Positions 1 to 7,560 of a stretch of 32,000 nucleotides of DNA are shown here, piece by piece. The notes beneath the pieces were generated by a model, which saw only the letters and a program-made list of their open reading frames with translations, made no database searches and was not told where the DNA came from. The DNA is from Microcystis aeruginosa NIES-843 (GTDB lineage: Bacteria > Cyanobacteriota > Cyanobacteriia > Cyanobacteriales > Microcystaceae): NCBI RefSeq assembly GCF_000010625.1, contig NC_010296.1:2130001-2162000 (forward strand), given 5' to 3'. The first letter of the stretch is position 1. The number at the start of each line of letters is the position of its first letter. The position numbers and the translations under genes were made by a program.

Positions 1-1
1 C

Positions 2-766
2 TGTTGCAATCCCGTCAACGATCATTTGATGGAATTGTTGATCATGATTGATGCCTGTCGTCGTGCTTCTGCCCGACAAATTACCGCCGTAATTCCCTAT
101 TATGGTTATGCTCGCGCCGATCGCAAAACCGCCGGCCGGGAATCGATCGCCGCTAAACTGGTGGCTAATCTGATCACGGAAGCGGGGGCAAGTCGCGTGT
201 TGGCCATGGATTTGCATTCGGCCCAAATTCAAGGTTATTTCGATATTCCCTTCGATCACGTTTACGGTTCCCCAGTGGTGGTGGACTATCTTCTCAGTAA
301 ACAATTACCCGATATCGTCGTGGTTTCTCCCGATGTGGGTGGGGTGGCCAGGGCGCGGGCTTTTGCCAAAAAACTCAATGATGCTCCCCTAGCAATTATT
401 GATAAACGCCGGCAAACCCATAATGTGGCGGAAGTGATGAACTTGATCGGCGATGTTAAGGATAAAACGGCGGTTTTAGTCGATGATATGATCGATACGG
501 CCGGTACGATCGCTCAAGGGGCGCAGTTACTGAAAGCCAAGGGGGCGCGACAGGTTTATGCTTGTGCCACCCATCCGGTTTTTTCTGGTCCTGCGATCGA
601 GCGTTTATCCAGTGGCATAGTCGAGGAGGTGATCGTTACTAACACGATTCCCGTCCCCCAAGAACATCTTTTCCCGCAACTGAAAGTCTTGCCGGTTGCC
701 CCGATTCTGGGTGAGGCCATATGGCGCATTCATGAGGACAATTCCGTGAGTAATATGTTCAAATAG
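2..766 (+). CDS. prs: Ribose-phosphate pyrophosphokinase (PRPP synthetase), 5' end cut by window edge
   Basis: The frame is open from nt 2 (CCNPVNDHLMELLIMIDACRRASA...). Prs signatures are present: ITAVIPYYGYARADRK, DLHSAQIQGYFDIP, and the PRPP-binding loop VLVDDMIDTAGT. Stop at 764-766. Confidence 0.94.
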   Translation, partial: CCNPVNDHLMELLIMIDACRRASARQITAVIPYYGYARADRKTAGRESIAAKLVANLITEAGASRVLAMDLHSAQIQGYFDIPFDHVYGSPVVVDYLLSKQLPDIVVVSPDVGGVARARAFAKKLNDAPLAIIDKRRQTHNVAEVMNLIGDVKDKTAVLVDDMIDTAGTIAQGAQLLKAKGARQVYACATHPVFSGPAIERLSSGIVEEVIVTNTIPVPQEHLFPQLKVLPVAPILGEAIWRIHEDNSVSNMFK

Positions 767-776
767 ATGGCCGAAT

Positions 777-803
777 CCCCCTAAAACTAGGGGGAATTTT
801 TAT
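777..803 (+). terminator. Rho-independent terminator downstream of prs
   Basis: Stem ccccCTA (777-783), loop aaac, stem TAGgggg (788-794), then a T-run (797-801). It starts 11 nt after the prs stop. Confidence 0.65.
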
Positions 804-1040
804 ATTTAGCCCTTTTCTGTGGAAATGGGGTGGGTTAATGGCATTATCAACCACTCCATCTCGCAGAGAGAGGGGGAAGGTGTAGAGAGAGAATCGATCG
901 GAAAATTAAATATAGCAATTCTTAAACTTCACTGGTTATTTCACAGTCTTGCCGTACAATGGAGATGCAGAACAGTTCTTCCGATAGTTATTGTGTTCTA
1001 TTAGCTAAAAACGCTTAATATAGGAGATAAATAGCCTAAA

Positions 1041-1856
1041 ATGTCCAAAGTGGTCGATATTAACAATCCACTGATCGATCCAACTCCTCCAGAGGTTCAC
1101 TTAACTAATGCACCTCTAGTGTGTGTGCTTGGACAAGTACGGTTCCCACAAATTCTGGCCGTTGAGGATAGGAAATTTGTGACTCCATTTCAGGAAGCTA
1201 TTAGAACAAAGTATCCTAAGTTACGGCAGGAACGAACTTATCAATTAACTTTTGATAATCAAGAAAAAGATGCCGTCAGATCTCAAGCTGAGGTTATCTG
1301 GCAATTTACAGATGCCAATAATCATTGGCGAGTCTCATTAGCGTCTAATTTTGTAGCCTTAGACACATCAAAGTATGTCAGTCGTCAGGACTTTTTAGAG
1401 CGAATGAGAGAAGTTTTAACTGCGGTTAATGAACATATTCAACCCAACCTTGTTGAGCGAATCGGTATTAGATATGTTGATCGTATTGAGGGTATTGATG
1501 TAGGGAATATTTCTAATTTAGTCAGATCAGAACTGATAAATATCACCGCGTCAACATTTCAAGAACATATTCTTCAAAGTTATAATGAATCTCTGTTTCA
1601 GTTACCTAATACCCAAGGGACACTTGTAGCAAGATGGGGATTGATTCCCAGTAACGCTACTTTTGATCCAAATGTCCTTGAACCGATTGATCAACCGAGT
1701 TGGTTTCTTGATTTAGATATGTCTATTTCAGAGAATCAAGAATTTGACGTTGAAAAAATTTTAGAGGATGCAAAACGATTTTCTGAAAGAATTTATACTT
1801 TTTTTAGATGGTCAGTAACCGAAGAATTTCTAAGACGCTTTGGAGGTGAACAATGA
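1041..1856 (+). CDS. Uncharacterised 271-aa protein, TIGR04255-family-like
   Basis: Long ORF with AGGAG upstream. The N-terminal pattern ...NAPLVCVLGQVRFPQ... and the ~270-aa length resemble the TIGR04255 uncharacterised family as I remember it. This was not verified by HMM. The region is AT-rich relative to prs. Confidence 0.7.
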   Translation: MSKVVDINNPLIDPTPPEVHLTNAPLVCVLGQVRFPQILAVEDRKFVTPFQEAIRTKYPKLRQERTYQLTFDNQEKDAVRSQAEVIWQFTDANNHWRVSLASNFVALDTSKYVSRQDFLERMREVLTAVNEHIQPNLVERIGIRYVDRIEGIDVGNISNLVRSELINITASTFQEHILQSYNESLFQLPNTQGTLVARWGLIPSNATFDPNVLEPIDQPSWFLDLDMSISENQEFDVEKILEDAKRFSERIYTFFRWSVTEEFLRRFGGEQ

Positions 1857-2527
1857 GTAACTTAGTGATTGAACGTTCAAATACTTTTGGCTCAATCAAT
1901 CCTCAAAAACGATTTAGAATGATTCCTGGTATTGCGGAATCCAGTACCATTGGCTATGATAATCTTGCCGCTCAAAAGTTACTAGCGATTTCAGAAAGAA
2001 CTAATAGCGAAATAGTTGTTCCGAAGCACAATCCTCATCTTTTTCAAGATAGTCAAAAAGCGATTAATGAACTCAGAAAAACCAGTGGACTGACCTGGGA
2101 GCAAGTTGCCAAACTATTTAATGTTTCACGTCGAAGCATTCATTTTTGGGCAAGTGGACAGCCTCTAGCTAGTGACAATGAGGAGAAATTAAATAGATTA
2201 CTGGGAGTGATTAGATATATTGATCGAGGAAGTGCAAGTCTTAACCGTAAGTTATTATTGAATCCTAATGCTGATGGGGAACTGCCTTTAGACCAATTAA
2301 TATCAGGAGAATATGATAAAGTAAGAGAGAATCTTGGGCGTGGTAATCCACCCAAAAGACCGCAATTAAGACCTTTGTCTGAGGAGGAGAGTGAGCTTCG
2401 TAGGCCTTTACCACCGGAGATATTAATTGATGCTTTACAAGATTCTATTCATCATGATGTTGGACGTTCTAGACCTGCTAAAACATTGAGGAGTGGTCAA
2501 AATCGCAGTGGAAAGCAAACAGATTGA
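1853..2527 (+). CDS. HTH protein, Xre/MbcA/ParS-antitoxin-like (HTH plus DUF2384-like segment)
   Basis: ATGA start/stop overlap with the upstream gene, and GGAGGTG lies 5 nt upstream of the ATG. HTH-like LTWEQVAKLFNVSRRSIHFWASGQ is followed by LLLNPNADGELPLDQLISGEYDKVRENLGRG, which resembles the toxin-binding domain of Xre/MbcA/ParS antitoxins. The C-terminal tail is basic and disordered. Confidence 0.6.
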   Translation: MSNLVIERSNTFGSINPQKRFRMIPGIAESSTIGYDNLAAQKLLAISERTNSEIVVPKHNPHLFQDSQKAINELRKTSGLTWEQVAKLFNVSRRSIHFWASGQPLASDNEEKLNRLLGVIRYIDRGSASLNRKLLLNPNADGELPLDQLISGEYDKVRENLGRGNPPKRPQLRPLSEEESELRRPLPPEILIDALQDSIHHDVGRSRPAKTLRSGQNRSGKQTD

Positions 2528-3365
2528 TCTCATTAACAATGAGTTACAAACATGGTGTCAAGGGGATTTTGTTTTAGGAGAACAGTGGTTTGTTCATCGA
2601 TTTAATCCTCAATTTCCTCTTACACCTGATTCTACAAAGCAAGATGCTGAAGAAAATGATCTTGTAGAATCGGAAGTAAAAGGTCTAGTTGTTGTTACAC
2701 AAACTTGCGATATTGTCCGTTCTTGTTGTGAACGTCCTTTTCTAGAAGTTGTTCCTCTGGTAGAAATTGAAGCTGAAAAAATTAGTGAGATAAAAAAAGG
2801 CAGACGACCTCAATACGTTTACATTGAAGGAGTTGCCAAACTAAACTTAGTAGCTGATCTCGATAGGGTAATGACAGTCGAAAAAGCATTGATCTTACAA
2901 TGGAATCGTCAACAGGGTTGTGTAACTGATCAAGAAAAAAGACTCTTAAGACAAGCGATAGCAAGAAAAAGAATTCGTTTTGCTTTTCCAGATGATTTTG
3001 TTCAATTTGTCAGTAAACTTCAAAACCGGATGCAAGATAAGCATACTAAACAAAGTGATGAAGGGGAAGCCTTACGAGCTTTGCGGGAAATTAGAGTTAG
3101 TGCAAGACCTTCGTGGAATGATGAAAATCCTGAACTTATGTTTTATTTTATTCGTGAAGAAGAACAAGAGGACTATAATGACATTGGATGGGACAAATGG
3201 CTAGACAAGTGGTTAAATTTATTACCTAACTCTGGACGTTTTCAGTCTGATGGTTTAGTAGTAAGCTTAGAAGATATGACCGCAAAAGATTATGTTGAGA
3301 GTGATCAACTGGATCTTGAGCATTTGTCTATGGCCCAAAGCAATATTGAAAATTTAGATTTATAG
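2493..3365 (+). CDS. Orphan 290-aa protein, no family recognised (candidate effector)
   Basis: Long ORF overlapping the upstream gene by 35 nt if GTG 2493 is used. GTG 2508 is an alternative start, so the start is uncertain. Conspicuous motif GLVVVTQTCDIVRSCCERPFLEVVPLVEI. The C-terminus is acidic. No motif is known to me. Confidence 0.65.
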   Translation: MVKIAVESKQIDLINNELQTWCQGDFVLGEQWFVHRFNPQFPLTPDSTKQDAEENDLVESEVKGLVVVTQTCDIVRSCCERPFLEVVPLVEIEAEKISEIKKGRRPQYVYIEGVAKLNLVADLDRVMTVEKALILQWNRQQGCVTDQEKRLLRQAIARKRIRFAFPDDFVQFVSKLQNRMQDKHTKQSDEGEALRALREIRVSARPSWNDENPELMFYFIREEEQEDYNDIGWDKWLDKWLNLLPNSGRFQSDGLVVSLEDMTAKDYVESDQLDLEHLSMAQSNIENLDL

Positions 3366-3625
3366 AAAACTATAATTACAAAAGTTTTCCAAATATTGTC
3401 GCAATTCTGATACTGGTGAGATACAAAGTCTCCAGTTTTAGGGAAGAGGGAGAAACAAGCTGATGGCTAAAAAACTGATAACTGATATTAGTTACTGTAC
3501 CTCATAATACTGAAAAATCTCTAGTCATTTCGATCGGGATTGAGAAGACCAATATTAGACCAGTGGAGGCTTTCACCGGTCAAGAATGTCTAGAATTTAT
3601 TGAGAATGACTAAATTTTCTTGACA

Positions 3626-4228
3626 TTAATTCTGATTTATGGCAGCGTCGGGGTTGTCAAGTCCTCCCAGACGATCGAAGGGCCAAAAACGCACCACGGC
3701 GCGACCGATTAAGTTTTCCCGGGGAACGAAGCCCCAAGCGTGGGAATCATAACTATTATTGCGATTATCGCCCAAAACCAAATATTGATCGGGGGGAACT
3801 GTCACCGGTCCGAAAGTATAATTAGGTTCTTCGGCGATATACTTTTCCGCTAAAACTTTACCGTTGACGTGAACTAGACCGTTTTTGACTTCCACCTTAT
3901 CCCCCGGCAGTCCAATCACCCGTTTAATAAAAGCATCCTGAAAATTTTGAGCTTTCAGGGCGGCTGTCGGACTAAAAACCACTATATCACCCCGTTCTGG
4001 CTTCTGAAAATGATAGCTAACTTTCTCGATAATTAGGCGATCGTTAATCTGGAGAGTGGGTTCCATGGAAGAAGAGGGAATATAACGGGCCTCGGCCACA
4101 AAAGTGCGGATGCCAAAAGCCAAAATTCCAGCCGTGACAATGGTTTTAACTGCTTCTAGCCAAGGGTTTTCTTGGGGGACGGGAGGAGGAGAGGGTTTTT
4201 CGGATTTATGGTTCAAGCTTTCAGCCAT
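3626..4228 (-). CDS. lepB: Signal peptidase I
   Basis: N-terminal TM segment, catalytic Ser box SSSMEPTL, Lys box [10 protein letters not shown], and [16 protein letters not shown] box. Confidence 0.95.
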   Translation of the reverse strand: MAESLNHKSEKPSPPPVPQENPWLEAVKTIVTAGILAFGIRTFVAEARYIPSSSMEPTLQINDRLIIEKVSYHFQKPERGDIVVFSPTAALKAQNFQDAFIKRVIGLPGDKVEVKNGLVHVNGKVLAEKYIAEEPNYTFGPVTVPPDQYLVLGDNRNNSYDSHAWGFVPRENLIGRAVVRFWPFDRLGGLDNPDAAINQN

Positions 4229-4522
4229 AGAATTTAAACTTTTGAGAAGGATTAAGCCAATACGCTCTTTAATGTTCTAGTCTAGTGATAGTAGCAGCGT
4301 AGATAATATTTTAAGACAATTTTCCCACATATACTGGATCACTGTTAATTTGTCAACGCCGCACCCTGCTGCCTGAAGGGGAATTTCCTCGGGGGTAGAA
4401 AAAGGCAATGCAGTCTCTCAAAAAGGCAAGTTTTTCGCCGCTATTAAAGTAAAAGCTTGATAATTCGAGGATTGAAGCCCTAATCTCCCTTAAAAGTCTC
4501 TTCTCCGTCACTACTTAGACCT

Positions 4523-6694
4523 ATGTTTGCACAAATTCCCGAACGATCAATGCACTATCTGCGATGGGTTGTTACCATCGCTTGGTTAATTCTGATATTT
4601 TCTCTGTTTTTTGACCCGATTTCGGCACAATTAACCGATACTAATAATCTCTCTAGTCCCCTGAGAGTTGCTCCCGATGTGTGCATTAAAGTCCAGGGAG
4701 TTTGCTTACCCCAATCCTCCTATCAGTTAGCTGCGCCGATTTTTTGGGGAATAGTGGTTCCTAGTAGCATTTTTATCTTATTAGTATTCGGTCACGAACT
4801 CTGGCGGCGTATCTGTCCTTTATCCTTTCTTTCTCAAATACCGCGCGCTTTGGGTAAACAGCGTCAGAAAAAATACACCGATAAATCGGGGAAAGTCCGC
4901 TATGAAATCTATAAAGTGCCGAAAAACTCTTTTTTAGCTCGGAATTATCTCTATCTACAATTAAGTCTGTTATTTTTGGGTTTATGCGGACGGATTCTCT
5001 TTGATAATTCCGATCGCTTAGTCTTAGGCAGCTTTTTAATCTTTACTATTCTAGTGGCGATCTTTGTGGGTTATTGGTATGGGGGCAAATCTTGGTGTAA
5101 CTATTTCTGTCCCATGAGTCCAGTGGAAAGGATTTACGGTGAACCGAGGGGTTTACTAAATAGTACCGCTCACGAAGACAGTCGCGGTGGGATTACTCAA
5201 TCTATGTGTCGTATTGTCCGGGAAGATGGTAGCGAACAAAGTGCCTGTGTTGCCTGTCAGAGTCCCTGTATCGATATCGATGCGGAAAGATCCTATTGGG
5301 ATGGGATAACCAACAGAGATCGCCAATGGCTTTATTACGGTTATTTTGGCTTAGTTTTTGGCTATGCTATCTATTATTATCTCTATGCTGGCAATTGGGA
5401 CTATTATTTCTCTGGAGCTTGGGCGCACGAAGAAAATCAACTAGAATCCCTCTTTAAACCGGGTTTTTATCTTGCTGGTCAGGCAATTGCGATTCCGAAG
5501 CTGGTAGCTGTTCCCTTAACTTTGGCAATCTGCACTTTTTTGGGTTACTTTCTCGGTAAAAAAGTTGAAAATGCCTACAAAGTCGATAGAATTCGCAAAA
5601 AGTCGCCTTTAACTACAGAAATTATCCGTCACCGCGTCTTTACTGTCGGAACTTTTCTGATTTTCAATTTCTTCTTTATTTTCGCTGGTCGTCCTTTTAT
5701 TAATCTTTTGCCAAAATTTTGGTATTATTTCGCTGATATTTTACCGGCTGTTTTGAGTAGTTTATGGTTATATCGCACCTGGACAAGGGATCCGGGCCGT
5801 TACCAACGAGAAGGACTAGCGGGAAGATTGCGTAAACAGTTGGGTAAACTGGGTCTCGATACGGCTAAATATCTTGATCGGCGATCGCTGGAAGCTTTGG
5901 ACGCGGATGAGGTGTATGTGTTAGCCAAGATACTGCCGGATTTCACACACCAGAAGTGTTTAAAAGCCTATAAAGCCTTGTTAAAAGAGGCTTTGGAGGA
6001 GGGATATACTGACTTCGGCCACAGCCTCGAAATCCTAGAACAAATGCGCTTAGAGTTGACGATTACCGAGGCCGAACATCAGGCAATTCTAACGGAGTTG
6101 GGTGTGGAATCGGCCGAACTTCTCGATCCGGACAAGCAGTATAGTCGCGAGGATTGGTTGCGTTTGCAGAGTTACCGCGATGCTTTGTTGGAAAGTTTGT
6201 TGGTGACTTGGAAAAAAGACCCCGATCGCCGGGTGGGGTCAGAATTGCTGCAAGTGTTAACCGGTAAGAGTTCCAGGGAGGCGATCAAGCATTTATTGAC
6301 GGAATTGCCGGCCTCGGAAACGGAAACTGTCGAGTCTTTGCGTCGGGAGTACGGAGTTACCGGTCAGGAGGAGGAAACGATTCTCCATCGTCCTCTGTCC
6401 CGTCAATTATGGCAAAATATCGCCCGCGCTTTTCAGGTCTTTGATCGTCTATCTTTTAGTAGTGACAGCGATCGTGATCAACAGGAAAGAATTTTATTGG
6501 AAAGATTCCAGCTATTCGATAGTGATGGTTCGGGACAAATTAGCCTTGAGGAGTTAAAAGCTTGTCTTCAGGCGATCGAACCGGGGGTGACAGACAAGGA
6601 AATCGAAGCTATGTTACAACAGGCCGATACCGGTCGCGATAATCAGATTAGTTTTCCGGAGTTTCGCAACCTACTGCACCAATTCCACAAATAA
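4523..6694 (+). CDS. Polytopic membrane protein with NapH/4Fe-4S-like Cys motifs and a C-terminal EF-hand pair
   Basis: Multiple hydrophobic segments. Cys motifs WRRICPLSFLSQ, KSWCNYFCPMSP and CVACQSPCIDID. A helical soluble middle region. Canonical EF-hand loop DSDGSGQISLEE plus a degenerate second loop DTGRDNQISFPE at ~6516-6690. Confidence 0.85.
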   Translation: MFAQIPERSMHYLRWVVTIAWLILIFSLFFDPISAQLTDTNNLSSPLRVAPDVCIKVQGVCLPQSSYQLAAPIFWGIVVPSSIFILLVFGHELWRRICPLSFLSQIPRALGKQRQKKYTDKSGKVRYEIYKVPKNSFLARNYLYLQLSLLFLGLCGRILFDNSDRLVLGSFLIFTILVAIFVGYWYGGKSWCNYFCPMSPVERIYGEPRGLLNSTAHEDSRGGITQSMCRIVREDGSEQSACVACQSPCIDIDAERSYWDGITNRDRQWLYYGYFGLVFGYAIYYYLYAGNWDYYFSGAWAHEENQLESLFKPGFYLAGQAIAIPKLVAVPLTLAICTFLGYFLGKKVENAYKVDRIRKKSPLTTEIIRHRVFTVGTFLIFNFFFIFAGRPFINLLPKFWYYFADILPAVLSSLWLYRTWTRDPGRYQREGLAGRLRKQLGKLGLDTAKYLDRRSLEALDADEVYVLAKILPDFTHQKCLKAYKALLKEALEEGYTDFGHSLEILEQMRLELTITEAEHQAILTELGVESAELLDPDKQYSREDWLRLQSYRDALLESLLVTWKKDPDRRVGSELLQVLTGKSSREAIKHLLTELPASETETVESLRREYGVTGQEEETILHRPLSRQLWQNIARAFQVFDRLSFSSDSDRDQQERILLERFQLFDSDGSGQISLEELKACLQAIEPGVTDKEIEAMLQQADTGRDNQISFPEFRNLLHQFHK

Positions 6695-6707
6695 ACTGTC
6701 TTCAGTT

Positions 6708-6735
6708 AAGGAGTCTTTATTTTCCCTGACTCCTT
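6708..6735. terminator. Hairpin between convergent genes (possible bidirectional terminator)
   Basis: aaggagtc (6708-6715) pairs with gactcctt (6728-6735) across a 12-nt loop. There is no clear T-tract, so this is weak. Confidence 0.35.
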
Positions 6736-6881
6736 ATTCCTTGAAAAAATAGCTGTTCGCAGGCAGGCACGGATTCCCATTATACTAGAAAGTATAAGGC
6801 AAGTTGAGGGATTTTGTCAAGCTTTTTTGAGAAAAAATTTCGAGGTTTCGCTGAACTGTATGAGGGTAAATCCAATAGGGA

Positions 6882-7553
6882 CTATAGAGAGGGAGATTTA
6901 ATAGCAAAATGTAGTATATTCGTTTCTATTTCAGTTATGGTTTCTGGAAATCGCTGATTGTTAAAATTGATCTGCTCGGAATATAGATGATAGGCTGTAT
7001 TGTAAAAGTTACGAAGGATAAAAGCAATAAATATGCTGGGTGTTAAAGGGGAGGACACTGGAATTCGGCAGTTTTTGAATTGTCCTAGGGTGAGATGACA
7101 TCTGGGGTGATGAATCTCTTGAAAATTATCAGGATCGTAATCAAATCTAATCGGTACAGCTACAATATTTTTGTCGATAATATCGGCAAATATCTCATCT
7201 TCTTCATATAGTTCTGGCTCATTTTGAAAAGATTCTAAATAAGGGGATGAGAAGAAAGCTAGTCTATGGGATAATAACTGCGATCCTTGGAAGCGATAAA
7301 GTAATTGAATCAAGGCTCCATCAATCATTTTAATATTATAATTCTTACCGCGATCAAGCTCATCATAAATATCTTGATAGGCAACATTTTTTAGGGCAAT
7401 GGATAAGTCGGAACTATTGGCATAGCTAATCTCAGAAATATTTTGACTCAATTTATTCAAAGTCGGAAAGTTCTGCTGACTTGATAATCCTACTTCTATC
7501 AATTTAGCCGTTAAATTTTTAACATCTTTAAAGATATTCTGAACATTAAGCAT
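6882..7553 (-). CDS. 223-aa partner protein of the upstream helicase (uncharacterised; possibly DUF2290-type)
   Basis: ORF starts 7 nt after the helicase stop on the same strand and is very AT-rich. I recognise no catalytic motif. The DUF2290 suggestion rests only on gene-pair architecture. Confidence 0.6.
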   Translation of the reverse strand: MLNVQNIFKDVKNLTAKLIEVGLSSQQNFPTLNKLSQNISEISYANSSDLSIALKNVAYQDIYDELDRGKNYNIKMIDGALIQLLYRFQGSQLLSHRLAFFSSPYLESFQNEPELYEEDEIFADIIDKNIVAVPIRFDYDPDNFQEIHHPRCHLTLGQFKNCRIPVSSPLTPSIFIAFILRNFYNTAYHLYSEQINFNNQRFPETITEIETNILHFAIKSPSL

Positions 7554-7560
7554 TTCTTAA

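Noticed and set aside
819-1004. 61-aa ORF between prs and the three-gene cassette
   Set aside because: It starts inside the prs terminator tail and has no ribosome-binding site. Its composition is odd and Trp/Cys-rich with no recognisable motif. The region is more plausibly the promoter/leader of the 1041 cassette.
2140-3204. Small ORFs 2140-2355(-), 2782-2964(-) and 2980-3204(+)
   Set aside because: They are nested inside, or out of frame with, the longer coupled ORFs of the cassette. AT-rich DNA readily yields such short frames.
2493-3365. Possibility that the 290-aa protein is the RES-domain toxin expected next to an Xre/MbcA/ParS-like antitoxin (it contains HRFNPQ, superficially like the RES G-R-[FW]-N motif)
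   Set aside because: Downstream of HRFN, I could not find the rest of the RES pattern: the conserved Tyr and Glu shortly after, and the later Y-x-S. The context is different as well. I kept it as an orphan, and an HMM search against PF08808 should decide.
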